Positions 52,739 through 64,000 of a stretch of 64,000 nucleotides of DNA are shown piece by piece. The stretch lies in assembly GCA_951406725.2 (NCBI GenBank), contig OX597821.1, positions 64,294,001 through 64,358,000 of the forward strand. The letters are read 5' to 3'. Numbering within the stretch: the stretch's first letter is position 1; each line of letters begins with the position of its first letter. Source of the stretch: Octopus vulgaris. Its lineage: Eukaryota. The position numbers and the translations under genes are program-made. The notes under the pieces were generated by a model. That model made no database searches, was not told the origin of the DNA, and saw nothing but the letters and a program-made list of their open reading frames with translations.

Positions 52739-54392
52739 CTAGCTGAAGGTCACCCGCTCTACGCGCGGGTAAGAGTGTGGTTGTTACTTTCTGTTGCTTC
52801 CTTTCAGCACGTAAAAAGCACCATCCGAACGTGGCGGATTGCAGCGCCGCCTTGACTGGCTTCTGTGCTGGTGGCACGTAAAAAGCACCAACCGATCGTG
52901 GCCGCTGCCAGCCCCCATGGCACCTGTGCCGGCGGCACGAAAAAGCACCCACTACCCTCACAGAGTGGTTGGCGTTAGGAAGGGCATCCATCCGTAGAAA
53001 CACTGCCAGATCAGACTGGAGCCTGGTGCAGCCTCCTGGCCTCCCAGACCCCTGTCAAACTGTCCAACCCGTGCTAGCACAGAAAACGGACGTTAAACGA
53101 TGATGATGATGATGATGATGGTGATTCCCTCTCTTTGTTTCTCTCTCCTTTCTCTCTCACTTTCCCACTCTCTTACTCTTCCTTTCTCTCGGACTCTCCC
53201 TCGCTTTCTCTTACTCTCTATCTTTATCTATCTCTCTCCCATTTATAAACAACAAAAGATCTTGAGTAAGTTGAGAAATAAAATATTTAGAAAGATCAAT
53301 CATAAATATCAGGCAGTAACAACGGAAAGGTCTGCATCAAGGCAGACAGCAAAACACTATATCTGTCACATTCATACGCTACACATGCCTTTCTCGCTTG
53401 TTTTCCATGCTCAGTGTGCCCTTGTAAACACAACTCATCTCTGTAAGACCCTAGGTCGGTCACGCATACATAGAGAAAGTTGTTTGTCCCTTACAACGCG
53501 CCAGCATGCCACACTTTTGTTCCTGCACGACCGAGGCATATAATAGCTCAAGCACTGGCTGGCAGCCTCAGCCTTACCGCAATAATCACTGGGATATTCA
53601 ATACTGTACACTGTATTTCAGCCTAGCAAGCCCTATTGTACTCATGCACCTCTGTTCTGCACGTGTACTCCCTTGTTTTGCAACACGTCTGCGTCAGCTC
53701 AATTCTTCTCCCGACTCAAAGCACTTCGGATGTTCACATGCGCTGCGCTCATGTTTAGGCATAATTTTCCCCTGTTAGACCCCTGTTGGTCACGTAATTA
53801 ACAGAGAAAATTATCTGTCTCGCACCCAAGTTGCACCCAAAAAGTGTAAAGAAGCAACCAGTTCCCTTTACGTAACTATCAAAAAGTATTAAAAAGTTTA
53901 ATATACATAAATACAGATATATACACTTTGTATATATACATTATATATACATATTTATATATAGAACACACACACACATGTATATAAACGCTCGTTGGTG
54001 TGTTCTGTTTGTATATGGTCGATGGGCGCGTTGACAGGTAGACAATAGAATGCGGTGGCGATGGCGATGGAATATTTGTTTCTCTGTATAGAGATACATG
54101 AGTAAAAATTATGGGAAGCTAAGAGATAGAGTGAGTGAAAATGTTCTTACATTAAATAACGGGAGTGGACTATATGAAGTCGAGTGAGAGGGTAATATAG
54201 GAAATAGCGTGAGCGAGGAAGATGGCCCCTAGCAATCACACCTTTTAAGATAGGGATTTCTAAGGTAGCCCACTGGCATCGACACCTCATTCTACATGTC
54301 TCTGTAAATTTTGGAGCGAATCGGACGGGTCGTAGTGGCATTGAAAGCGATCCAAGCGGTAAAAACGCATTTCAGTTTTATATATATACAGA
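52739..54392 (-). mobile_element. Second Helitron abutting the first, with nested and possibly captured sequence
   Basis: ctagctgaaggtcacccgctctacgcgcgggt (3' end plus hairpin) directly follows 52738; a matching 5' end ttcagttttatatatatacaga|t ends at 54392. That both ends belong to one element is inference. Confidence 0.6.
52790..53119 (+). mobile_element. 3' end of an RTE-like LINE or RTE-tailed SINE
   Basis: Three gcacg(t)aaaaagcacc motifs, tggttggcgttaggaagggcatcc and a terminal ggacgttaaac(gat)n tail; family assignment from memory. Confidence 0.65.
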
Positions 54393-54819
54393 TTAACGAT
54401 TCGAATTGAAAACGCTTGAAGTGGTACTTTCAGTATTAAGTTAGCGTTCGTACAGTCGAGTGTTCGCTTCAGGAAGTGTCATTCTCGTGCTAGATGCTCC
54501 AGCATTTTATTCAGCTGAAAATGCGTAACAGCAACTCCTGAATTAATCCTGCGACACACTGGTGTTCCATTCATGGAATTGTCTTTTCTTTTAGTCGCTT
54601 AAACGCGACAGAAACCGAAAAAAAAGCTCAAGCCAATTAGGTCTTTAGGCTCGACAAAGAATGAAAAGAAAAATCAGCGACTGGATAAATAAGAAATCAA
54701 AAGAACTGAAAAAGACTCGACTCACAGGTTTCTCATTAATTTTCCTATAACAGAGAAAAGTACATTTTTCACATTGTTTCTAACCCTGAAAGCTGGCAAA
54801 TAACCTTTATGTCCCGGAT

Positions 54820-54881
<62 letters not shown>

Positions 54882-55124
54882 TAACGGTATAGAACGCGGA
54901 CATAATCAGTCTTGCTAGGTCGTAATAGAAAGTTAACTTTTGACAACAATACACTCATAATAATCATGCTGCGATGTCTGGTTGTCGCTTGAAGATTTTT
55001 ATTTTCATTTCTCTAAATCTTGTTTGTTTCACGACTTCGTTTATTCATTTATTGAAGTTCTCAGTCTTTAGTGCTGTCAATAGAAAAATACATAAATCAA
55101 ATAGACATGATCTGCGCTACATTC

Positions 55125-55159
<35 letters not shown>

Positions 55160-55333
55160 TGACATAACAAAAAAAAAATAATAACGATAATGTACACATT
55201 CGCATTGAAGTAATCATTTGTATTTTCAATTTTTGTTTTCTTTTCATGGCAACCGGATTTGTTTAGAGTCAATTGTATAATACACACAAACGCACGCATG
55301 TATATGTATGCATGTACGTATACGTGCGCGTAA

Positions 55334-55364
<31 letters not shown>

Positions 55365-55471
55365 CGTGTGTGTGTATGTGTGTGCGTGTGCGCGTATGTA
55401 AATATGTATATATTTGGAGACACATTCACACATATATAAATATATAAATATAAATAAATATATATATATAT

Positions 55472-55507
<36 letters not shown>

Positions 55508-55657
55508 TGAGAGAGGGAGAGAGATTTGATATTTCTCTTTTGTTAGATCACTCATACTGGAACTTCCTTTTCACTTTGAGAATTACTTTTAACATTTGCA
55601 CCTGATTGTCCACATCATTACCATCACACACATACGCATAAGCACACGAATATATAA

Positions 55658-55659
<2 letters not shown>

Positions 55660-55723
<64 letters not shown>

Positions 55724-55728
55724 GCATG

Positions 55729-55768
<40 letters not shown>

Positions 55769-55790
55769 TGTATATATATATACATATAAT

Positions 55791-55830
<40 letters not shown>

Positions 55831-55913
55831 TAGATATACACATAAATAAAGATAGTTACACACATAGGTATACATACACACACACACATATATATATATG
55901 TACATATATATAT

Positions 55914-55951
<38 letters not shown>

Positions 55952-55960
55952 ATGTATATG

Positions 55961-56015
<55 letters not shown>
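55660..56015. repeat. Compound (TA)n/(CA)n microsatellite
   Basis: Directly visible. Confidence 0.95.
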
Positions 56016-56020
<5 letters not shown>

Positions 56021-56833
56021 TTTGTATTCTCGTAATTCATAGTCTTACACACCTTTTGCAATAGCATAATCTCATGTACAATGCATTGTATATCAGTTTA
56101 GTCACGCACACACACACACAAACACACATACACACACATGTCTATATTTATGAGTGAGTATGTATAACGCTAGTATGCATGTGTGTTTGAATATCTGAGC
56201 GTGTGTGGGTGTTTGTAGTTTGTGGAAAACCGATGTTTTTATTGAATATTGTTGTTGAAATATCCAAGGAGTGTCTTATTCCGATTATTGGCAGCAGCCA
56301 AGAAATATACCTCACACACACACCTTTAAGTAGACACTTCGATAACGAATTACGATTGAGATTTGTGCATTGTATACAGCAGATTTAAGTCAATAGAATA
56401 TTCACACACTGTTGTGTATATACCAATGCATATCCTCTCATACACAGATATCTGTTTCTCTATTTCTATTTTGCCGATATTTGGGATCAAGTAATGCTGT
56501 TTGACTGTCTCATGAGCAAGATTTTTAAAAAAATGTTCCACAAAATTGACGCTGTCGTTTAAGGATTTCTAGCGGGTTTTTTAGATAGTACTAACTCAAA
56601 TCTAAGAGGTATGGATTCTATGGCAATTGAAGGTATATTTGAATGGAATCTTAGAATATCTAAGCGGCAGAATAGATTTTTGTCAAATTCGTTTGGCAGT
56701 CGTCAGTCAAATTTAGCACATCTTATAATATATGTGATATGTATATGTATACATACATATACAGATGTTAACAGGCCGAAACTGCGGAGACACGCTCAGC
56801 CATCTTCTTTACCACACACACACACACACACAA

Positions 56834-56914
<81 letters not shown>

Positions 56915-57629
56915 CTCGAACACACGCATGCACAAATCTGTCCACCACTACAGCTACTAACTTGTTCGCTTCACTCCCACACACATGCCTCATTAACATA
57001 CACACAATCAGACACACAAGCGCACACACACCCACACTGACCCTGTTTGCACACTTCTGCCTTAAACACCACTTTCTCTATCTCTCTCCATTTCCGCTAA
57101 GTTAGTTTTTCACTATATAACGACATACCTGCTTCTCTCGGACTCTTTTCCATTCTCCCAGGACATTTTCCCCTTTCCTCTTTCTGTCAAAGAGTTACGC
57201 TCGTAACGTTACACCCCTCGTTTTTCAATCTAAAACTTTCATTGAGCATAATACGTTGATTGAGTACATCCTTTTGACTTTTGTTGTTATCCCTCTTTTT
57301 CTTTAATTATATATATATCAAGATTTCAGTCTTGATCACAATTGTCTGAGTAACAAACATTGTGATGTTTCCGCAGCTCTATTAAAAAAACTATATATAC
57401 ATATACATATATACATATAAATGTTCTAATATCTACAGAGCCTTATTTTTTTTTTATCTCATTACGCAAAAAATTCTTATACACACACGTAGACATATGA
57501 CCATTGTTGAAATCCTTATTCGCAAAATTACCGAACCTGGAACTTAACTATGGTCTGTCTAGAGCACGTATTCAGCATTGCCTGACACGTTTGGGTCTGA
57601 ATGACACCATTAACTCATATATATATATA

Positions 57630-58024
57630 CTCTTTTACTATTTTGCCTGTTTCAGTCATTTGACTGCGGCCATGCTGGGGCACCGCCTTTAGTCGAGCAA
57701 ATCGGGACTTATTCTTTGTAAGCCCAGTACTTATTCTATCGGTCTGTTTTGCCGAACTGCTATGTGACGGGGACATAAACACACCAGCATCGGTTGTCAA
57801 GCAATGCTAGGGGGACAAACACCGACAAACAATCATACGCACACACATATATACACATATATACGACGGGCATCTTTCAGTTTCCGTCTACCAAATCCAC
57901 TCACAAGGCTTTGGTCAGCCCGAGGTTATATTAGAAGACACTTGTCCAATATGCCACGCAGTTGTACTGAACCCGGAACTATGTGGTAAGTAAGCAATCT
58001 ACTTACCACGCAACAACTCCTGCG

Positions 58025-58026
<2 letters not shown>
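57630..58026 (-). mobile_element. SINE family B, full length, short internal microsatellite
   Basis: gtttcagtcatttgactgcggccatgctggggcaccgcc...ttaccacgcaacaactcctgcgcc. Confidence 0.92.
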
Positions 58027-58088
<62 letters not shown>

Positions 58089-58089
58089 C

Positions 58090-58136
<47 letters not shown>

Positions 58137-58249
58137 CATATATACATGCACATGCATATATACATACGTATATATATGTATATATATATATAGAGAGAGA
58201 TAGATAGACAGATAGATAGATATAGAGAGAGAGAGAGATAGATAGACAG

Positions 58250-58299
<50 letters not shown>

Positions 58300-59153
58300 G
58301 TAGATAGATGCATTCATATACGTACATTCATACATACACATATAAGACAAAACAAGTGAAAACATGATAGATTGTTTATAAGATAATTATTACGCACTAA
58401 CACCGTACAAAAAAATACATTTACACTCTGAATTCGCAGTTAAAAGATCACACATATGTAACTCTAGAATAGCTGCTAACTGACCATTGCAAAGAAGGTG
58501 TCCATTAAGCAATACGATATATAAATGATATGCTTGATAACTATAGAAAACAATAGGCATTACAAATACATTCAAGCGCCGCTATACATACATTGACATT
58601 CTTTTAACGGAAAATTACGAAAGCAACCTCTCGATGAGAATTTATTTGAGGCTAAAATCTAAGGGTTTGGTTTTAGTCTGTAACTGAGTAGCATAGCAAA
58701 TCTCCCACGTGCACATGATGCAAAAAAAACAAAAAAGGATTATAGGTTTTGTATAATAGGACATAAAATACTTCCAGCAGATAAAAATTTCTGAATCGGA
58801 GAAACGAGTCCATGGAATATTGTAAACATAAAATCTTTCCGCTTTGATCGTAATGACTCCAGATAAATGAACAGTCAAAACCAATTAACTCAGCAGAAAT
58901 AATTTGACCACAAACGGAAGCATATATTATATTAACACTTCAATTAACGAAACATAATTAACTGGATAGAATGGTTTTGCCCATTGGATCGCAGCATTTA
59001 CAATACTAACACTTCAGAAATATACGCATGTATATGAAAACATATGCGTCGATGTATGTATATATGTGTATATGTAGTTACGTATTTATACAAACAGATT
59101 TGGAGACTATATTTGTAGAAATATATACATATCTGGATCATAAGACGTGTATA

Positions 59154-59213
<60 letters not shown>

Positions 59214-59244
59214 GATATATATATATACATAACTTAAAATAACT

Positions 59245-59578
59245 GAGAAAGGTTTTGGCCAGTATTGGCCCTGGCCATGTCTAACTTAATAGCACCACCT
59301 TGCGAAGTTTTTCAATTCAGGATTTGGGCAACAAGGCCCATTCAGGAAGAGAGTTATTGTTTGAGGAGACATATCCGGGTGTGAGTGGTTTGTCCGGTAC
59401 TGCTTAGAGGAATTTGTCCAAAGACTTCTTGAATTTTGTATGGTCAGTTTCTGTTTTGACGTGGCCTGGTGTAATGTTGAAGAGAGCGGGGCTAATTGAG
59501 GTGAAATAATTGTGCCGTATATTTGTTATGAGATGCGATTTTGATTTTTGTTGTGGACGGATGGCACGGGGTCCAAGT

Positions 59579-59580
<2 letters not shown>
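59245..59580 (-). pseudogene. CR1-group LINE extreme 3' fragment (different family from 45844)
   Basis: RLGPRAIRP...[17 protein letters not shown]...[28 protein letters not shown] parallels GPQLFNILP...FKMKLDLFLSGVPDEP...SNSL in the 45844 ORF; truncated at (TA)n. Confidence 0.78.
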
Positions 59581-59670
<90 letters not shown>

Positions 59671-59779
59671 TATATATATATACATACATATATATGTATG
59701 TATATATATATTATATATACATATACACACACACACATATATATACATATATATGTGTATATACATATATATACATACA

Positions 59780-59814
<35 letters not shown>

Positions 59815-59851
59815 TAGCAGTATCGCCCAGCGTTGCTCGGGTTTGTAAGGG

Positions 59852-61084
59852 AAGATCTCTTTCGGCACCCTCTTTGATCTTTTTCGGCACACTCTTTGAT
59901 CTCTGTCGACACCCCCTTTGATATCTGTCGACACCCCTCTTTGATCTCTGTCGGCACCCCCATTGATCTCTGTCGGCACCCCTCTGATCTATGTCGGCAC
60001 CACTCTTTGATCTATGTCGGCATCCCCTTTGATCTCTGTCGGTACCTCCTTCGATCTCTGTCGGCACCCCTCTTTGATCTCTTTCGGCAACCCTTTGATC
60101 TCTCTCGGCACACCTCTTTGATCTCTGTCGGCACCCTCTTTGATCTCTGTCGGAACCCCCTTTGATCTCTGTCGGCACCCTCTTTGATCTCTGTCGGCAC
60201 CCCTTTGATCTCTGTCGGCACCCCATTGATCTCTGTCGGCACCCTCTTTGATCCTTGTCGGCACCCTTCTTTGATCTCTATCGGCACCCCTCTTTGATCT
60301 CTTTCGGCACCCCTCTTTGATCTCTGTCGGCACCCCCTTTGATCTCTGTCGGCACCCCCTTTGATCTCTGTGCATCCCTCTTTGATCTCTGTCGACACCC
60401 CTCTTTGATCTCTGTCGGCATCCCTCTTTGATCTCTGTCGGTACCCCTCTTTGATCTCTGTCGGTACCCCTCTTTGATCTCTGTCGGCACCCCCTTTGAT
60501 CTCTGTACAACCCCTTTGATCTCTGTCGGCACCCGTCTTTGATCTCTGTCGGAACCCCTCTTTGATCTCTGTTGGCACCCCTTTGATCTCTGTCGACACC
60601 CCTCTTTGATTTCTGTCGGCACCCCCATTGATCTCTGTCGGCACCCTCTTTGATCTCTGTCGGCACCCTCTTTGATCTCTGTCGGCACCCCCTTTGATCT
60701 CTGTCGGCACCCTCTTTGATCTCTGTCGGCACCCTCTTTGATCTCTGTCGGTACCCCTCTTTGATCTCTGTCGGCACCATCTTTTATCTCTGTAGGTACC
60801 CCTCTTTGGTATCTTTCGGCACACCCTTTGATCTCTGTCGGTATCCCTCTTTGATCTCTGTCGGCACCCACTTTGATCTCTGTCGGCACCCTTTTTAACC
60901 TCTGTCGGCACCCCTCTTTGATCTCTGTCGGCACCCCCTTTGATCTCTGTCGGCACCCCTCTTTGATTTCTGTCGGGACCTCCTTTGATCTCTGTCGGCA
61001 CCCTCTTTGATCTCTGTCGGTACCCCTCTTTGATCTCTGTCGGCACCCCTCTTTGATCTCTGTCGGCACCCCTCTTTGATCTCT
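59852..61084. repeat. Minisatellite, 21-23-bp unit (ct)ctttgatctctgtcggcaccc, roughly 55 copies
   Basis: Directly visible; copy number estimated from length divided by unit size. The unit has no stop codon on the minus strand, hence the long ORFs. Confidence 0.96.
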
Positions 61085-61248
61085 GAGGCCTTGAATGGTG
61101 TAAAGCAATCTTGTTATCAGATCTGACGTTCATCAAAACATATATTAATGAAATATTATAACCTAAGCAATGGGATACATTACCGTAAATACATTTATTT
61201 ATGCACATACACACACTGCGAAATTGGGAGAGAATATATATATATAAT

Positions 61249-61650
61249 GGCGCAGGAGTGGCTGTGTGGTAAGTAGCTTGCTAACCAACCACATGGTTCC
61301 GGGTTCAGTCCCACTGCGTGACATCTTGGGCAAGTGTCTTCTACTATAGCCCCGGGCCGACCAATGACTTGTGAGTGGATTTGGTAGACGGAAATTGAAA
61401 GAAGCCTATCGTATATATGTATGTGTATATATGTATATGTGTGTGTTTGTGTGTCTGTGTTTGTCCCCCTAGCATTGCTTGACAACCGATGCTGGTGTGG
61501 TTACGTCCCCGTTACTTAGCGGTTCGGCAAAAGAGACCGATAGAATATGTACTGGGCTTACAAATAATAAGTCCTGGGGTCGATTTGCTCGACTAAAGGC
61601 GGTGCTCCAGCATGGCCGCAGTCAAATGACTGAAACAAGAAGAAGAAGAA
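61249..61650 (+). mobile_element. SINE family B, full length, well preserved
   Basis: ggcgcaggagtggctgtgtggtaag...ggttcagtccc...ggcggtgctccagcatggccgcagtcaaatgactgaaacaagaagaagaag. Confidence 0.93.
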
Positions 61651-61999
61651 TGTAAGCATTTTCAGAGAGTTATAGCCAAAAAATAGCAAAAAAATGCATT
61701 AAAATTGGAAAAAAAATTATCGTAAATTTTTTTTTAATCGTTGACTCATCGTAGACATTTTTAGAGAGCTACTTCCCTTATATAATAGCGAAAAAATTGT
61801 ATTAAAATGGAAAAATATGATGGTAATTTTTTTTTTAAATCGTAGACTCATCGTAGACGCGCGCCAATACCCGGAAGGGCTCGATATGAATCACGACTAT
61901 AAGATACCCGGTTTTGGTTACACTGCACCGCAAAATGTGGGAGTAGTTAGGAATCTAAATCGTAGGAGACAGACACACAACTTCACTTTTATATATAAA

Positions 62000-62376
62000 C
62001 TAGCAGTATCGCCCGGCGTTGCTCAGGTTTGTAAAAGAAATAACTATAAAGCATTTTTAGAGAGTTATAGCCAAAAAATAACAAAAAAATGGAAAAAAAT
62101 GATGGTAAATTTTTTTTTTAGTTAAAAAAGGTGGAGTTGCGTCCCCTAGACAGTTTGCGGTTTGTGTTTCTGATTCTCGACCCCATGTCGAATTTATCGA
62201 TTTTTTTCAGAACTGGGGGAACTTTTCAAAATTTTCGCTGCATTAGTTTTGAATTATGACATTGGGCTATGTGTGTGTCAAGTTTCATCAGAATCGGTTG
62301 AAAGCCGTGGTCAGAGTGAGGGTACAAGCAAACAGACACACAGAAACACGCACAGACAAACTGCCGTTTATATAGA
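62000..62376 (-). mobile_element. Helitron with H1-type 3' end and a different 5' half, tandem to the previous copy
   Basis: a|ctagcagtatcgcccggcgttgctcaggtttgtaaaagaaataactataaagc ... cacagacaaactgccgtttatataga. Confidence 0.8.
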
Positions 62377-62807
62377 TATATATATATATATATATGTATA
62401 TATGAATGTGCATGTGTTTGTATGTAGCCTTGTTGTATGATTGTACATATACATATACATTCACACACATATATATGTGACTTCATAGTTTCTTGTCATA
62501 GTGTTTTATAAGTTTTTTTGTTGCTCTGTTCTTCAACAACTTTCTTTTCTGGTTTAGAAATTTAAATAAGCTTTAACCTTTATCAGACATGTGACAATGG
62601 AGTGACAATTAAAGGAGGTGGGGAGAAAACGATTGCATTTATCTGCTAACCCAATGCATGTCCATCGATCGATTGATCCATCCATCTACCTATCCATACA
62701 TACATGAATACATGTGTCTCTGTAACTATTTATCTTCACACACAGACACACATCACAGGCGAGACCCAACCATGGCTGAAATTGGCTGAAATGCATAAAA
62801 AGTATAA

Positions 62808-62853
<46 letters not shown>

Positions 62854-62878
62854 CAGTATGTGTGTTTGTGTGTGTGTC

Positions 62879-62913
<35 letters not shown>

Positions 62914-62929
62914 ATACGTATGTGCGTGC

Positions 62930-63117
62930 ATGTGCGCGTCCTTGTGTCTCTGTTTCTCCTCCAGCATAGCTTGACAACGATTGCTGTGTGTTTACTTCCC
63001 CGTAGCCTAGCGATTCGGGCAACAGGAACCGATAGAACTGGAATCAATTCGCTCGACAAATATGCATCAAGGCGGTTATCTAGAATGGTCACAGTCTCAT
63101 GACTGAAATAAAAGATT

Positions 63118-63120
<3 letters not shown>
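62930..63120 (+). mobile_element. SINE family B 3' half, decayed
   Basis: gcttgacaacgattgctgtgtgtttac...atggtcacagtctcatgactgaaat. Confidence 0.78.
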
Positions 63121-63181
<61 letters not shown>

Positions 63182-63439
63182 TAGAAATATGTTACGAAAA
63201 GAAAATATAAAATACACGTGGAAATGTAAGGGTAAAATATGAAAAATCAACGAAAATGCATATTGCAAATAGAAAAAGGCTATTTATGACAGGTAACGAC
63301 AAATATGCACATTTATATTGACTGAGGTAGTAGTACGAGTCATAAAAGTAATTATTATGAGATGATTATAAGATGATAATAAAGTAAGAGAACAAAACGA
63401 ACCAATAATTTACGCAAATCGTTTGAACAACACCGGTTA

Positions 63440-63472
<33 letters not shown>

Positions 63473-63672
63473 GCATTTTATTGTGCTTCCTGCACATGGT
63501 TCTATAGTGGTGTTTGCCTATGCAACACAATGCACACTGACTCCTTCAAAAATACATTTTTCCCGGGATTGGAGCACTGTGTACCACGTGTCTGATGCCC
63601 TTTGGCCAATTTGTAACAGGAAGGTCAGTAGGAAGACCGCTCTTGCACTTTAAAGACAAACTAAGCTGTACA

Positions 63673-63843
63673 GGCTCAGGAGTGGCTGTGTGGTAAGCAG
63701 CTTGCTTACCAACCACATGATTCCGGGTTCAGTTCCACTGCATGGCACCTTGGGCAACTGTCTTCTACTATAGCCGCAGGCCGACCAAAGCCTTGTGAGT
63801 GCATTTGGTACACGGAAACTGAAAGAAGCCCGTCGTATTTATG

Positions 63844-63930
<87 letters not shown>

Positions 63931-64000
63931 TGTGTTTGTGTGTCTGTGTTTGTCCCCCAACATCGCTTGACAACCGATTTTGGCATGTTTGTGTCCCCGT
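63673..64000 (+). mobile_element. SINE family B, cut by the window end
   Basis: ggctcaggagtggctgtgtggtaagcagc...ccttgggcaactgtcttc...(TA)n(TG)n...catcgcttgacaaccgat. Confidence 0.9.

Larger units (their letters stand above)
59814..61998 (-). mobile_element. Helitron family H1 copy expanded by a minisatellite and a SINE
   Basis: a|ctagcagtatcgcccagcgttgctcgggtttgtaagggaa matches 28774-28811; homology to that copy resumes at about 61653 (taagcattttcagagagttatagc) and runs to cacacaacttcacttttatatata. Confidence 0.8.

Noticed and set aside
59852-61084. Possible CRISPR array
   Set aside because: Units are contiguous with no unique spacers, there are no cas genes and the context is eukaryotic.
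59711-61214. Long ORFs up to 400 aa with [21 protein letters not shown] repeats
   Set aside because: Open in several minus-strand frames only because the 21-23-bp unit has no stop codon; unit length is not a constant multiple of three.

Overview
AT-rich, repeat-dense metazoan DNA with no host protein-coding gene that I can support. The SINE families and extreme (TA)n/(CA)n/(TATC)n/(AAT)n load resemble coleoid cephalopod (Octopus-like) intergenic or intronic DNA; this is recalled resemblance, not a database match. Almost all ORFs in the track are microsatellite artefacts. Real coding remnants are retrotransposon pieces: a young 5'-truncated CR1-group LINE with an open 327-aa RT/C-terminal frame (45844-46827), three stacked R4/Dong-like RLE-LINE fragments (16690-19130) and smaller CR1 and L1/Tx1-like remnants. 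Non-coding elements include three tRNA-derived SINE families, several non-autonomous Helitrons (two tandem junctions, one with a ~1.2 kb minisatellite), a DINE-1/HINE-like element and several MITEs. The most interesting signal is a set of short, ORF-less, often palindromic islands inside (TA)n tracts that carry minimal type I hammerhead ribozyme motifs: 29985-30027 and its mirror, 33939-34023, 4629-4689, 30315-30377, 37298-37337, and an atypical variant at 834-869 and 37716-37751. They look like non-autonomous Penelope-like or retrozyme-type elements. All coordinates were read by eye and edges of decayed elements are approximate.
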